Counted from the first letter of the stretch, positions 20,693-32,868 are shown. The stretch is DNA of 59,706 bases from an uncultured Clostridia bacterium (GCA_944383705.1 CALWQR010000004.1:1-59706); one strand, 5' to 3'. Program-made: numbers and translations. The notes: generated by a model from the letters alone, not told the origin.

Positions 20693-21857
20693 TACCTCCT
20701 GTCAGAAAATCTCTTGCGGCCTGGTATTCGGCCCGGGCGCGCCGGGCGGCGGGGGAATTCCGGTCGGCGTCCGGACGGCGCAGCCCCCGCAGCATGATGT
20801 TCTTGGGCGTCTGCTCCGGGTCAATCAGCTCCAGCGCGCAGACCGCGTAGCCCTCGGACTCCAGATATTTCAGGCGCAGCGCGTCGGTGGCGGCGTCGCA
20901 CAGCTTCTACCGCAGCATCGAGTGCTCGGCGACAAAGGCCAGCGGCGGACAGCACAGGCCGTGGTTCAGCTCATGGTGGCAGCAGGGGGTGGAGAGGATG
21001 ACCTCGGCGCCCCAGTCCACCGCGCGGCGCAGCACCAGGTCGGTGGCCGTGTCGCAGGCGTGCAGCGACAGCACCAGGTGCACGTGCCCGCCGGCGTCAT
21101 AGGCCGCAACGTCTCCGCATATAAACTCCAGACCGTCAAAGCCCAACGCGCCGGCCGCCGCGGCGCAGCGCGCGATGACGTCGGGTTTGCGGTCCACGCC
21201 GGTCATGCGCACCTGCCGCCCCAGGATGTTGGCAAAATAGTGGTAGGCGGCAAACGAGAGGTAGCTTTTGCCGCAGCACAGGTCGCAGATGCGCAGGGCG
21301 CCGGTGGCGGGCAGCGCGGGCAGGCAATCGCGGATGAGCTCCAGAAAGCGGTTGATCTGCCGGAATTTGGCCTGCTTTTTGTCCCTGACGCGGCCGGTTT
21401 CGTCGCTGACGTCCAGCAGCCGCAAAAAGGGCTCGGCGCCGCTCAGGATGCGGTTTTTGCGGTGGTCGTTGCCCTCGGGCTCGCACGCACAGGCCGCGTC
21501 GGCCCCCAGCAGCGCCTGCCGCAGCCGGCTCCCACCCAGCAGGGTTGCCTTGCCGGACCGCTCCGCGCGGCGCAGCTCGCAGTCGCCGGCCGCGGTCAGC
21601 AGATTGATCTGCCCGTGGGAGGTCAGCAGCTCCTCCAGCCGGGGGCTGGGCCCGGGCGGCAGGTTTTCGTGCAGCGCCTTGCCGTCGGTCAGAAAGCGCT
21701 CGGCCTGAAGCCGCTCGGCCTGCCCGACGCGCCGCAGGGTCAGCACGGTTTTCTTCTCTCCTGCCTGCCGGGGCTTGGAGAGCACCGCCCGGGTCAGCAT
21801 ATGCCGCCGGGCCGCCAGCAACAGCAGCTCCTGCAGCGCCGCGTCGGCGGGGGTCAC
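20634..21857 (-). pseudogene. Class I SAM-dependent methyltransferase (Methyltrans_32-like) interrupted by an in-frame TAG at 20907-20909
   Basis: KFRQINRF, DLCCGKSYL, SLHACDTATD, PCCH before the stop; the same frame continues KLCDAATDALR...ELIDPEQTPKNIMLR to a TAG at 20634. Confidence 0.8.
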
Positions 21858-22705
21858 CGGTCCTCCTCCTGGCTGCGGCGGCCTTTTTTCTTCCGGTCGG
21901 AGCCGTCGGACCCGCCGGGCGCGGCGTCGTCCCCGGCGATTTTTTTCTTTTCGGTTCTGGAGAAGCTGATCTGGGATTCGGTGCGGTTGGAGATGCGCTT
22001 GAGGTTATCCTTGTGCCGGTAAACCACAAAGCAGGCCGTCAGCACGGCCATGGCCACGCAGAGCCCGGCGTTCGGGCCCGAGAGCGAGCGCAGCAGCACC
22101 GGGTAGAGCAGCGCGCAGATGACCGAGGCCATGGAGACATACCGGGTGCCCACCAGCACCAGCACAAAGGCGGCCAGCAGAATGAGAAAGGCAAAGGGCA
22201 CAAATGGCACCAGCCAGTTGTTGGTGAAGATACTGGTAATCAGCGCCACAACGGTCAGGCAGGCCACGCCCTTGCCGCCCCGGAATTTTTCAAAGACCGG
22301 GAACATATGCCCGAACACCACAAAGAAGCCGGCCAGCCCCAGGCCGTTCATTTCCCATATCAGCAGGCCCGCAAAGCAGGCCAGCGCCGCCTTGGCCAGG
22401 TCCAGCAGAAAGGTGGCCAGCGCCGCCTTTTTGCCGTAGGTGCGCAGCATGTTGGTGGTGCCGGCGTTGCCGCTGCCGTATTCCCGGATATCCTCGTGGT
22501 ACACCAGCCGGGAGATGAGAATGGCGGGGTTGACGCTGCCCAGCAGATAGGGAATGACAATGCAGGCAAGCACCCCCAGTACATAAACGGTATAATAGAG
22601 GGGACTGCCGGCCTGCAGGCCGAAGTGAACGACCGACCAGTCCACCAGATTGAAGAGAACGGTTTTTGCGGCCGGCTCGGCCGCCGCTGCCTGTGCAAAA
22701 AGCAT
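21854..22705 (-). CDS. plsY: Glycerol-3-phosphate acyltransferase
   Basis: YLLGS, DIREYGSGNAGTTN, GHMFPVF..FRGGKGVA, RHKDNLKR. Confidence 0.93.
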   Translation of the reverse strand: MLFAQAAAAEPAAKTVLFNLVDWSVVHFGLQAGSPLYYTVYVLGVLACIVIPYLLGSVNPAILISRLVYHEDIREYGSGNAGTTNMLRTYGKKAALATFLLDLAKAALACFAGLLIWEMNGLGLAGFFVVFGHMFPVFEKFRGGKGVACLTVVALITSIFTNNWLVPFVPFAFLILLAAFVLVLVGTRYVSMASVICALLYPVLLRSLSGPNAGLCVAMAVLTACFVVYRHKDNLKRISNRTESQISFSRTEKKKIAGDDAAPGGSDGSDRKKKGRRSQEEDR

Positions 22706-22756
22706 GAGTGAATTGTCCTTTCCGAAAAAATCGATGCCCGCTTGCCGCGCGGCGCC

Positions 22757-23833
22757 TTACAGCTCGATCAGCTCCTTGGGGCTCTTTGTGAAGTTGAAGA
22801 CGCTGCCGTCCGGCCGGATGGCCACCATATCCTCAATGCGGCAGCCGTATCTGCCCTCCAGGTAGATGCCGGGCTCAAACGTGACCACATTGCCCCGCCG
22901 CAGCACCTCCTCGGGAGCGGCGCGGGAGGAGAGCCGGGGATTTTCGTGGATGAACAGCCCCACGCCGTGCCCCAGCGAATGTCCGAAGGTCCCGGCGTAG
23001 CCCGCTCCGTCGATGATGTCGCGCGCGATGCGGTCCAGCCCCGCGCAGGAGGCGCCCTCGGCGGCTGCGTCCAGCGCGGCACGCTGGGCGCGCAGCACGG
23101 TTTCGTACAGCCGCTTCATTTCTTCGTCGGCCCGGCCGATGACCACGGTGCGGGTCATGTCGGCGCAGTAGCCGTTTACCCGGGCTCCGAAATCCATTGT
23201 GAAAAAGCCCTTTTCCAGCCGGCAATGCCGCGGCACCCCGTGCGGGCGGGAGGAATTGCTGCCCGAGACCGCAACCGTGTCAAAGGCCACCCCGTCGGCG
23301 CCGTTGCTGCGCATGAAGAACTCCAGTTCCAGCGCCACCTCGGCCTCGGTTCTCTCGGGCCGGATGAAGTTGAGAATGTGGGCAAAGGCCGCGTCGGTCA
23401 GGGCCTGGGCCCGGGCCATGAGCTCCAGCTCCTGCTCGGTTTTGGTCTCGCGCTGGCGCTCCAGCAGCCGGGAGGCGCCGCCCTCCAGCACAAGGCCGGG
23501 CAGCTGCTCCTGCCAGCTCCGGTAATCGCCCAGGGGCAGCACGGCCTCCTCAACGGCCACCCGGCGGCAGCCGCCGTCATGCAGCAGCTCGCGCACGCAG
23601 GCAAGCATGCCGTGCGCGGGCAGCAGCACCTCCATCCCCGGGGCGCACTGGGCGCGCGCGGCCTCGGCATAGCGGAAATCGGTCAGCAGATAGGCCGCGG
23701 CGGCGGTGACCACCACCAGCCCGTCGTCAAAATCAAAATCCGAGAGATAGCGCTGGCTGAGCTTGCCCGAGAGAACGGCGGCGTCAAAGCCCGCCGCGCC
23801 CAGCGAAGCGCGGAATGCGGAAAGATGGGACAT
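22757..23833 (-). CDS. Xaa-Pro aminopeptidase/dipeptidase (M24B)
   Basis: [43 protein letters not shown]. Confidence 0.93.
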   Translation of the reverse strand: MSHLSAFRASLGAAGFDAAVLSGKLSQRYLSDFDFDDGLVVVTAAAAYLLTDFRYAEAARAQCAPGMEVLLPAHGMLACVRELLHDGGCRRVAVEEAVLPLGDYRSWQEQLPGLVLEGGASRLLERQRETKTEQELELMARAQALTDAAFAHILNFIRPERTEAEVALELEFFMRSNGADGVAFDTVAVSGSNSSRPHGVPRHCRLEKGFFTMDFGARVNGYCADMTRTVVIGRADEEMKRLYETVLRAQRAALDAAAEGASCAGLDRIARDIIDGAGYAGTFGHSLGHGVGLFIHENPRLSSRAAPEEVLRRGNVVTFEPGIYLEGRYGCRIEDMVAIRPDGSVFNFTKSPKELIEL

Positions 23834-23973
23834 GGGAATCGTACTCCTTTCGGTTCTGTCCCGCGGACCGATTGCCGGAAAAACCCGCGCGGCCGGGGAC
23901 GCTGTATTCATGATAGCACATTTTTGCGGAAAAGTAAAGGCATCGCGGAAAAATTTTTTTCGTGCGGCCCTGT

Positions 23974-24007
23974 TTTGACAAAATTATCCAGCCGGATGAG
24001 GTATAAT
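23974..24007 (+). promoter_or_regulatory. spoIIG-type promoter with a long spacer and a candidate Spo0A box
   Basis: TTGACA(23975)-21 bp-TATAAT(24002); TTTGACA is one mismatch from the reverse 0A box TTCGACA. Confidence 0.55.
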
Positions 24008-24036
24008 ATAGGCAACGGCGCAAGGGGGTGACGGGT

Positions 24037-24882
24037 TTGGGGAACGAAGTGTACGCCGATCTGTATTTTCTGGTGAACGCCAGCATGGATCTGCTCTGCC
24101 TGCTGATTACCTCCACGCTGCTGCACCGGCGCACCCGGCGCTGGCGCGCGCTGCTGGGCGCCGCGCTGGGCGGCGTATACGCAGTGGCGGCGCTGGTGCT
24201 GGAGATGGGCGGCGCGTGGGGGCTGCTGTGCGATGCGGCGGCCGCGCTGATGATTTGCGGCGCGGTATTTGCGGGGCGGGGGAGCCGGCCTTCCGCCCTG
24301 CTGCAGGCGGCCGCGGTGTTTGCGCTGACCTCGGTGCTGATGGGGGGCGTGATGACCGCGCTGTTTGCCTGGCTCAACCGGCTGCAGCTGCCCCTGGAGA
24401 GCCTGCAGGGGGACGGCCTTTCGGTGTGGATGTTTGCGCTGCTGGCGGCGGTTTCGGGCGTTCTGACCCTGCGGGGCGGGCGCTTCCTTGGGCGGTCGCG
24501 GCGGACGCGCAGCGTCACGCTGCTGGTTACGCTGTTCGGCAAAACCGTATCGCTGCGCGCCATGGTGGACTCGGGCAACCTGCTGCGGGACCCGGTCAGC
24601 GGGCGGAGCGTGATTGTGGTGGAGCGGGAAAAGCTGCGCCCGGTGCTGCCGCCGGCCTTTTTCCGGGAGGGCAGGCGGTGGATCCCGGATCACGACACCG
24701 CCCGCCGCGTGCGGCTGATTCCGGCGCAGACCGCAACCGGCCCCGGAATGCTGACCGCTTTTTTGCCCGAGGCGCTGACGGTGACCGACCGCCATGGCAG
24801 TCTGCCCTCGGATTACCTGCTTGCCCCGGTGGAGCTGGGCGGGCGGGCACAGGGCTTTGACGCACTGATTCCGGCCGACTGA
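24037..24882 (+). CDS. spoIIGA: Sigma-E processing aspartic peptidase
   Basis: [11 protein letters not shown]-terminus, several TM segments, DSGNLLRDP catalytic motif, upstream of sigE; start TTG 24037 or GTG 24028. Confidence 0.92.
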   Translation: MGNEVYADLYFLVNASMDLLCLLITSTLLHRRTRRWRALLGAALGGVYAVAALVLEMGGAWGLLCDAAAALMICGAVFAGRGSRPSALLQAAAVFALTSVLMGGVMTALFAWLNRLQLPLESLQGDGLSVWMFALLAAVSGVLTLRGGRFLGRSRRTRSVTLLVTLFGKTVSLRAMVDSGNLLRDPVSGRSVIVVEREKLRPVLPPAFFREGRRWIPDHDTARRVRLIPAQTATGPGMLTAFLPEALTVTDRHGSLPSDYLLAPVELGGRAQGFDALIPAD

Positions 24883-24937
24883 TCCGGCCGCGCGGCAGGG
24901 GCAGGCCCGGCCGCGGAATTTACATTACATAGGGGAG

Positions 24938-25654
24938 ATGGTAGGAATGAATGGGTTTATGCAGTTGTGGGAGCACATCCGGCAGTGGCTCTGCGGCGGG
25001 GCGTGCCGGAGCGGGGATTTTTACATCAACGGGCCGGAGGTGCTGCCGGCGCCGCTGGACCACGAGACCGAGGCCGGCTGGATTGCCCGCATCGACGAGG
25101 AGGAGGCGCGCAACGTTCTGGTGGAGCACAACCTGCGGTTGGTGGTGTACATTGCCAAGCGGTTTGAGAACACCGGCACCGGCATTGAGGATCTGATTTC
25201 CATCGGTACGCTGGGGCTGATCAAGGCCATCAACACCTTCCGGTCGGATAAAAGCATCAAGCTGGCCACATATGCCTCCCGCTGCATCGAAAACGAAATT
25301 CTCATGTATATCCGCAAGCGCAGCGGGCAGCGCTGCGAGGTCTCGATGGATGAGCCGCTGAATGTGGACTGGGACGGCAACGAGCTGCTGCTCTCGGATG
25401 TGCTGGGCAGCGAGGAGGACAGCGTTGCCTACGAGCTGGAGCAGCGCGAGGAGCGGGAGGCCGTGCGCGCGGCCGTAGCCGAGCTGGAGCCGCGCGAGCG
25501 GGAACTGATTGAGCTGCGCTACGGCCTGGGCGGCGGGGAGGAGCTGACCCAGAAGGAGGTGGCCGACCGGATGGGCATTTCGCAGTCCTACATCTCCCGT
25601 CTGGAAAAACGCATCCTCTCCCGCTTGCGGGAGAGGATTGCAGGGCGGATCTGA
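24938..25654 (+). CDS. sigE: Sporulation sigma factor SigE
   Basis: [65 protein letters not shown]. Confidence 0.95.
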   Translation: MVGMNGFMQLWEHIRQWLCGGACRSGDFYINGPEVLPAPLDHETEAGWIARIDEEEARNVLVEHNLRLVVYIAKRFENTGTGIEDLISIGTLGLIKAINTFRSDKSIKLATYASRCIENEILMYIRKRSGQRCEVSMDEPLNVDWDGNELLLSDVLGSEEDSVAYELEQREEREAVRAAVAELEPRERELIELRYGLGGGEELTQKEVADRMGISQSYISRLEKRILSRLRERIAGRI

Positions 25655-25685
25655 GCCCGCTGGCTGTTTTCCCGGCCGGCCTGCT

Positions 25686-28097
25686 TCAGGCGCGGCGGAG
25701 CCTGGCGTAGGAGGCCATCAGCTTTTTGGTGCCTGCCGTGTCGAACATGACCTCATACAGGGTGTCCGATCCCATCCGGCGTACCGACAGGACCTCCCCT
25801 TCGCCAAACACCGGGTGCCGCACCCGGTCGCCCGGCTCAAACTGCTCCCGCGGGGCGGCCGGCCGCTTTGCAGCCGGCTTTTCCGCGGACGGGGCGCCGT
25901 GCTCCGAGAAGTAGACCCGGGGCTGCTCGGGCGCGGGCGCCGCCCCGCGGCTGCCGTACAGCCCCCGCCCGGCGCTCCCGCCGGAGCGGGGGCGGCTCTG
26001 CTCCAGCAGCGCGTCGGGAATTTCCGAGACAAAGCGCGAGAGGGGATTGTAGCCTGTGCGGCCGTAGAGCAGCCGCTGCGCGGTGTGCAGGATGTAGAGC
26101 TCGCGTTTGGCGCGGGTGAGGGCCACATAGCACAGCCGCCGCTCCTCCTCCATCTCGGCCTGTCCCGCATCGATGGTCTGCATTCCCGGGAAGAGCCCGT
26201 CCTCCATGCCCGGCAGAAAGACCGCCGGGAATTCCAGGCCCTTGGCCGCGTGCATGGTCATCATCACCACCGCGTCGGCGTCCTCGTCATAGCGGTCCAC
26301 CTCGGCCACCAGCGCGGTTTCCTCCAGAAAGCCGGCCAGCGTGGGCTGCTCCGCGTGCTTCATGTAGTCGATGATCTGGGATTTGAACTCCTCCAGGTTA
26401 TCCAGCCGTTCGGCCTCGCTCTCGCCGGCTTCGGTCAGCATCCGCCGGTAGCCCGAGCGGTCCAGCACCGCGTCAAAGAAGACGTCCAGCGGCAGCCGCC
26501 CGAGGTCCTCGGTCAGGGTGTGAATCAGGGCCGCGAAATCCTCCAGCATCGGCCGGGCGTTGCGCAGCGCGACAAAGTCGGCCGCCCGCTCGATGACCCC
26601 GAACATCGAGCAGTCCTGCTCCTGTGCAATCTGCGCCACGGCCTCCAGCGTCCGGGGGCCGATTTTGCGCCGCGGCTCGTTGATGACGCGCAGCAGGCGC
26701 AGGTTGTCGTCATGGTTGGCAATCAGCTGGAGATAGGCCGCCGCGTCGCGGATTTCCTTGCGGTCGTTGAAGCGCAGGCCGCCCAGCATCCGGTAGGGAA
26801 CCGCCGCGCGCGCAAAGGCCTGCTCCAGCGACTGCGACTGCGCGTTGACCCGGTACAGCACCGCAAAATCGCGGTAGCGGGCCTCCCCACGCGCCACCTT
26901 GCGCTGGATGACGTCCACAATCCGCCGCCCCTCGTCGTTCTGGTCGGCGCAGGAAATCAGGTGAATCGGCGCGCCCGCACCGGCGGCGGTCCACAGCGTT
27001 TTGCCCATGCGTCCGGCGTTCTGGCGGATGACGGCGTTGGCGGCGTCCAGGATGTTCTGGGTGGAGCGGTAGTTTTGCTCAAGCCGCACCACGGTCGCGC
27101 CGGGGTAGGCCTTGTCGAAGGAGAGGATGTTCTCGATGGTCGCCCCCCGGAAGCGGTAAATGCTCTGGTCGTCGTCCCCCACCACCATCAGGTTCCGGCT
27201 GCCGCCCGAGAGCAGGCGGGTCAGCGCAAACTGCGCGGGGTTGGTGTCCTGATACTCGTCTACGCAGACGTAGCGGAAGCGCCGCTGGTACTCCTCTGCC
27301 ACCGAGGGCTCCCTTTGCAGCAGCAGCACGGTCTGCATAATCAGGTCGTCAAAATCCAGCGCGTTGGATTCGCGCAGCAGCTGCTGGTATGCGGTATACA
27401 CCCGCGCAATCTGCCCCAGGCGGTAGTCCCGGCCGGCCTCGGCCTCGTATTCCTCGGGCGTCAGCAGGCGGTCCTTGGCCCGGCTGACCGCGTTGGCAAC
27501 CGTCTTCAGGGGCAGCACCTTTTCGTCCACTCCGGCCCGCTTCATGGCCTCAGAAAAGGCCTTTTTGCTGTCGTCGGCGTCGTAAATCGAAAAGCCCGGG
27601 CGGTAGCCGCAGGCCTCGCCGTGCCGGCGCAGGATGCGCACGCAGACCGAGTGAAAGGTACCGGTCCATATTTCGTCGGCGTACCCCGGCTGCTCGGGAA
27701 ACATGCCGGCCAGCCGGGTTTTGATTTCGTTTGCCGCCTTGTTGGTAAAGGTGATGGCCAGCACCCGCCACGGCGGGCAGGGGTCGTCGGCAAACTCGTC
27801 CAGCAGCGGGAGCAGCTCCCCGGGGGAGAGACTGGCGGCCTGCTCCAGCCGGCTGACGGCCGCCTCGGTCAGCGGCTCGGGCAGCCGCTCGCTGTGGTAG
27901 GCGTTGCCGTAGCGGATGAGAAAGGCAATGCGGCGCACCAGCACCGTGGTTTTGCCGCTGCCCGCGCCGGCCAGCACCAGAAGCGGCCCGTTGACGTGGA
28001 ACACCGCCTCCTGCTGGCGGGGATTGAGCGACGAAAAGGCGCGCTCGAACAGCGCGGCCTTGGCCGCAAGATAGCGTTGGGGGAGTGTCTGTTGCAT
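25686..28097 (-). CDS. pcrA: ATP-dependent DNA helicase PcrA/UvrD
   Basis: AGAGSGKT, ITFTNKAA, DEYQDTN, VGDDDQSIY, HAAKGLEF, EEERRLCYV, C-terminal Tudor-like GDRVRHPVFG. Confidence 0.95.
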   Translation of the reverse strand: MQQTLPQRYLAAKAALFERAFSSLNPRQQEAVFHVNGPLLVLAGAGSGKTTVLVRRIAFLIRYGNAYHSERLPEPLTEAAVSRLEQAASLSPGELLPLLDEFADDPCPPWRVLAITFTNKAANEIKTRLAGMFPEQPGYADEIWTGTFHSVCVRILRRHGEACGYRPGFSIYDADDSKKAFSEAMKRAGVDEKVLPLKTVANAVSRAKDRLLTPEEYEAEAGRDYRLGQIARVYTAYQQLLRESNALDFDDLIMQTVLLLQREPSVAEEYQRRFRYVCVDEYQDTNPAQFALTRLLSGGSRNLMVVGDDDQSIYRFRGATIENILSFDKAYPGATVVRLEQNYRSTQNILDAANAVIRQNAGRMGKTLWTAAGAGAPIHLISCADQNDEGRRIVDVIQRKVARGEARYRDFAVLYRVNAQSQSLEQAFARAAVPYRMLGGLRFNDRKEIRDAAAYLQLIANHDDNLRLLRVINEPRRKIGPRTLEAVAQIAQEQDCSMFGVIERAADFVALRNARPMLEDFAALIHTLTEDLGRLPLDVFFDAVLDRSGYRRMLTEAGESEAERLDNLEEFKSQIIDYMKHAEQPTLAGFLEETALVAEVDRYDEDADAVVMMTMHAAKGLEFPAVFLPGMEDGLFPGMQTIDAGQAEMEEERRLCYVALTRAKRELYILHTAQRLLYGRTGYNPLSRFVSEIPDALLEQSRPRSGGSAGRGLYGSRGAAPAPEQPRVYFSEHGAPSAEKPAAKRPAAPREQFEPGDRVRHPVFGEGEVLSVRRMGSDTLYEVMFDTAGTKKLMASYARLRRA

Positions 28098-28150
28098 AGA
28101 TACCTCGTAAGAACAGGGTGTGTTTTTATGAAAGGTCTTGGACGCCGGCA

Positions 28151-28175
28151 TCAGACCCTGGGCGCCGCCCAAACC
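28151..28175 (+). repeat. Dispersed intergenic repeat (copy A)
   Basis: tcagaccctgggcgccgcccaaacc, 23/25 identical to the reverse complement of 30804-30828. Confidence 0.6.
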
Positions 28176-28323
28176 AACCTTCCAAAAACCTGAAAAAAGG
28201 CATGGCGCAAAGCCGCAGCGCCGGCAGTACCCGGACGATGGTCTTTGTTTGATAAAAGCTTTTGAAAGGGGCGCGGGAAGGACTCTTCGGGGAACGCTTT
28301 TCCCGGGCAAACCTGCGGCCCCT

Positions 28324-29187
28324 TTACAGCCGCGCCGCCGCCTCCCACGCGCGCTTCATATAGAGCGCGTCCTCGGCCTGGGTGCCTGCCGATTCGCAGA
28401 TGATGCGGGGGCAGACCCCCTCGCGCACAATGGCCTCCGCCAGCGGCTCGAACACCGGGCCGAAGGTGTCGTCGGCAAAGGTCAGGTGTTTCTTTTCCCC
28501 GGCTTTTGTGTACTCAATTTTGGAGAAATGGCAGTGCAGGTGCCGCGCGTGCGCGTCGCCCAGCGTGCTGCCGATGCGGTCGAATATCCGGCGGTAGCTG
28601 TCGGCGTCCGGAAACGCACCGCCGATGCTGCGGGCGTTGAGATGCCCGAAATCCACAACCGGTGTGTAAATCGGGGAGACGCGGCACTGCTCAATGACCT
28701 CCTCGAGCGTGCCCAGCTGGTTGACCTTGCCCATCGTCTCAATCCCGAGCCGGGCGCAGGGCGCGTCTCCGACCGCCTCGGCCGTGCGGGAGAGCGTGTC
28801 GCAGGAGAGGCGCATGGCCTCCTCGCGCGTGAGCTTGCCCGCGCTGCCGCTGTGAATGACAATTGTGTCGGCGCCCAGCAGCCCGGCCGCCCAGAGCGAT
28901 TTCTGAATGTATGTGATGCTTTTGAGGCGCTTTTCCTCGTCGGCGCCCGAGAGCGAGATATAATACGGTGCGTGCAGCGAGAGCAGGATGCCGTGCAGCT
29001 TTGCCTGCTCCCCTATGGCGCGCAGGGAGGCCTCGCCGGCCGTCAGGCCGTTGCCGGCCTCATATTCAAAGGCGTCCAGCTGCTTTTCCTTCAGCCAGGC
29101 CGGCGCCTGCGCGGTGGTTTTGTTGCCCTCGGCGTAAAACCATTCGCCGTTTCCGCCGGGGCCGAAGGTTGGGGTGCCTGCGTTCAT
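28324..29187 (-). CDS. nfo: Endonuclease IV (AP endonuclease 2 TIM barrel)
   Basis: FGPGG start, SLHAPYYIS, IETMGK, DFGH, HCHFS, KKHL, IICES metal ligands. Confidence 0.85.
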   Translation of the reverse strand: MNAGTPTFGPGGNGEWFYAEGNKTTAQAPAWLKEKQLDAFEYEAGNGLTAGEASLRAIGEQAKLHGILLSLHAPYYISLSGADEEKRLKSITYIQKSLWAAGLLGADTIVIHSGSAGKLTREEAMRLSCDTLSRTAEAVGDAPCARLGIETMGKVNQLGTLEEVIEQCRVSPIYTPVVDFGHLNARSIGGAFPDADSYRRIFDRIGSTLGDAHARHLHCHFSKIEYTKAGEKKHLTFADDTFGPVFEPLAEAIVREGVCPRIICESAGTQAEDALYMKRAWEAAARL

Positions 29188-29322
29188 GGAAATTCTCCTT
29201 GTCTGCTGAAATGAAGCGGATGCGGGCGGTTCTGTCAGGGGAGCCGCCTGCTTTGTGTGCCGGTGCCCGCCCGGGCGGTGTTGCCGGGCCGGCATCCGGT
29301 CATGCCGCGTGGGCGTTCGGGG

Positions 29323-30705
<1,383 letters not shown>

Positions 30706-30767
30706 TTACAGCCTGAGAGGGAACAAATGGCTTTACACGATACCCTTTTTTTGGTTTTTTGAAGATT

Positions 30768-30828
30768 CTGAAGAAACTTTTTTTCAAAAAAGTTTCTTCA
30801 GCGGGTTTGGGCAGCGCCCAAGGTCTGA
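30768..30828. repeat. Palindrome plus dispersed repeat copy B
   Basis: ctgaagaaactttttt-tc-aaaaaagtttcttcag followed by ggtttgggcagcgcccaaggtctga. Confidence 0.6.
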
Positions 30829-30853
30829 AACCGCCCGAGGCTTTAAGCAGGCT

Positions 30854-31543
30854 TCAGCGGAGCAGGCCGAAGCCGGCCAGCAGAGCCTGCCAATCCCGCA
30901 GATCGTGCAGCTCGCGGTCTACCCGCATTCCGTCCGTGAGCGGGGAGGGGAAGCGCGCCTCCCACAGCGCAACCGCAGCCCCGGCGTCCGCAGCCGCAGC
31001 GGCGCGCAGGCCGCTGGTGCCGTCCTCCAGCACCAGGCACGCGGAGGGCTCCAGCCCCAGCCGTGCGGCGGCCAGCCGGTAGACGTCGGGGGCCGGCTTG
31101 CCGGGATAGCTGCCGTCAAAGCAGACGATGCGGTCGGGGGAGAACCAGCGGTCCAGCCCCAGGTGCTCCCGGTAGAACGCGATGTTCTCCGGCCCCGAGC
31201 CGGTGGCAAGGCAGAAGGGCACGCCGGTTGCCCTCAGGTGGTCCAGCATTTCTGGCGCGCCCGCCACCAGGTGCAGCCGCTCGGGCATTTGCAGGCAGAA
31301 GGACTGGTAGAGCGCCTCCTTGTCCCGCGCAAAGGCCGCGACCTCGTCCGGCCCCGCCCCGGGGCTGAACTGCTCGCGGCAGATGCTCTCGTTGCTGCGA
31401 CCGAACACCCGACGGATCATCTCCCGGTCCGGGAGCGCCGGCAGTCCCGCCCGGCGGAACATCTCGCGGAAGGCGGCCAGGTGCATCTCGCTGTCAAAAA
31501 ACAGCGTGCCGTTGAAGTCGAACAGAATGCCCTGCAGCGTCAT
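30854..31543 (-). CDS. HAD-family phosphatase (beta-PGM-like)
   Basis: FDFNGTLFFD motif I, GKPAPDVY, LEDGTSG; ATGA overlap with der. Confidence 0.9.
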   Translation of the reverse strand: MTLQGILFDFNGTLFFDSEMHLAAFREMFRRAGLPALPDREMIRRVFGRSNESICREQFSPGAGPDEVAAFARDKEALYQSFCLQMPERLHLVAGAPEMLDHLRATGVPFCLATGSGPENIAFYREHLGLDRWFSPDRIVCFDGSYPGKPAPDVYRLAAARLGLEPSACLVLEDGTSGLRAAAAADAGAAVALWEARFPSPLTDGMRVDRELHDLRDWQALLAGFGLLR

Positions 31544-32868
31544 GCCTCCTCCCCCTTCATGCGGATGATCAGCCGGATCGGCGTGCCCTCAAAGCCGAAG
31601 GCCTCGCGCAGGCAGTTTTCGATGAAGCGCTGATAGGAGAAGTGAAACAGCTCCACCCGGTTGCAGAAGATGACAAAGGACGGTGGCGCGACCGAAATCT
31701 GCGTCATGTAATAGATTTTGAGCCGGCGGCCCTTGTCCGACGGAGGCTGTACGCGGATCATTGCGTCGCCCAGCACGTCGTTGAGCATCCCGGTGGTGAC
31801 GCGCCGGGTGGCCTGCGCGAACACCGCGTTGATTTTTTCATAGAGCGCCGGGATGCGCTGCCCGGTTTTTGCCGAGACATAGAGAATCGGCGCGTAGGGC
31901 ATGTAGGCCAGCGCGGTGCGGATGCGGTTGTTGAATTCGGATACCGTGCGGTTGTCCTTTTCAATCAGGTCCCACTTGTTCACCACAATCACGGTGGCCT
32001 TGCCGGCCTCGTGCGCAATGCCGGCAATCTTTTCGTCCTGCTCGGTGATGCCGGCCTGCGCGTCAATCATCAGCAGGCAGACGTCGGCGCGCTCGACCGC
32101 CATGTGCGCGCGCAGGACGCTGTAGTGCTCGATTTTGTCCCCGATTCTGGATTGCCGCCGGATGCCGGCCGTGTCGATCAGGGTGTAGTTGCCGAACTCG
32201 TTGCGCAGGGTGGTGTCCACCGCGTCGCGCGTGGTGCCGGCAATGTCGGAAACAATCAGGCGGTTTTTCCCCACCATGCGGTTGATCAGCGAGGATTTGC
32301 CGGCGTTCGGCTTGCCGATAACGGCCACCCGGATGCCCCCGTCCTCATCCGCTTCCTCCGGCCGGTCCTCCAGCGCCTCCAGGCAGGCGTCCAGCAGGTC
32401 ACCTGTGCCCGAGCCGTGAATGCCGGATACCGGAATCAGCTCCCGGTCAAAGCCCAGCTCGTAGAACTCGTAAAACTCCATCGGGGGGGCGCCGACGCTG
32501 TCGCATTTGGTGATGCAGGGTACCACGGGCTTGCCGCTTTTTTTGAGCATGACCGCAATCTCTCGGTCGGCGGCGGTGGGGCCCGTGCGCACGTCGCAGA
32601 GGAAGACGATGACGTCGGCGTCGTCGATGGCAACCTGCGCCTGCAGCTTCATCTGCGAGAGTATGACGTCATCGGTTTTCGGCTCAATGCCGCCGGTGTC
32701 AATCACCACCAGCCTGCGCCCCCGCCATTCGGTTTCCCCGTAGATGCGGTCGCGGGTGACGCCGGGGGTGTCCTCGACAATGGAGCGGCGCTCCCCGATG
32801 AGCTTGTTGAACAGCGTACTTTTGCCGACGTTCGGCCGCCCGACAATGGCAATGACGGGTTTTGACAT
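31540..32868 (-). CDS. der: Ribosome biogenesis GTPase Der/EngA
   Basis: Two G domains (GRPNVGKS, GKPNAGKS), GVTRD/GTTRD, KH-like C-terminus. Confidence 0.98.
   Translation of the reverse strand: MSKPVIAIVGRPNVGKSTLFNKLIGERRSIVEDTPGVTRDRIYGETEWRGRRLVVIDTGGIEPKTDDVILSQMKLQAQVAIDDADVIVFLCDVRTGPTAADREIAVMLKKSGKPVVPCITKCDSVGAPPMEFYEFYELGFDRELIPVSGIHGSGTGDLLDACLEALEDRPEEADEDGGIRVAVIGKPNAGKSSLINRMVGKNRLIVSDIAGTTRDAVDTTLRNEFGNYTLIDTAGIRRQSRIGDKIEHYSVLRAHMAVERADVCLLMIDAQAGITEQDEKIAGIAHEAGKATVIVVNKWDLIEKDNRTVSEFNNRIRTALAYMPYAPILYVSAKTGQRIPALYEKINAVFAQATRRVTTGMLNDVLGDAMIRVQPPSDKGRRLKIYYMTQISVAPPSFVIFCNRVELFHFSYQRFIENCLREAFGFEGTPIRLIIRMKGEEA

Noticed and set aside
20907-20909. Pyrrolysine or genome-wide TAG reassignment
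   Set aside because: The protein is a class I SAM enzyme, not a methylamine methyltransferase; TAG terminates obgE, the DUF512 gene and araC normally; no pyl genes in the window
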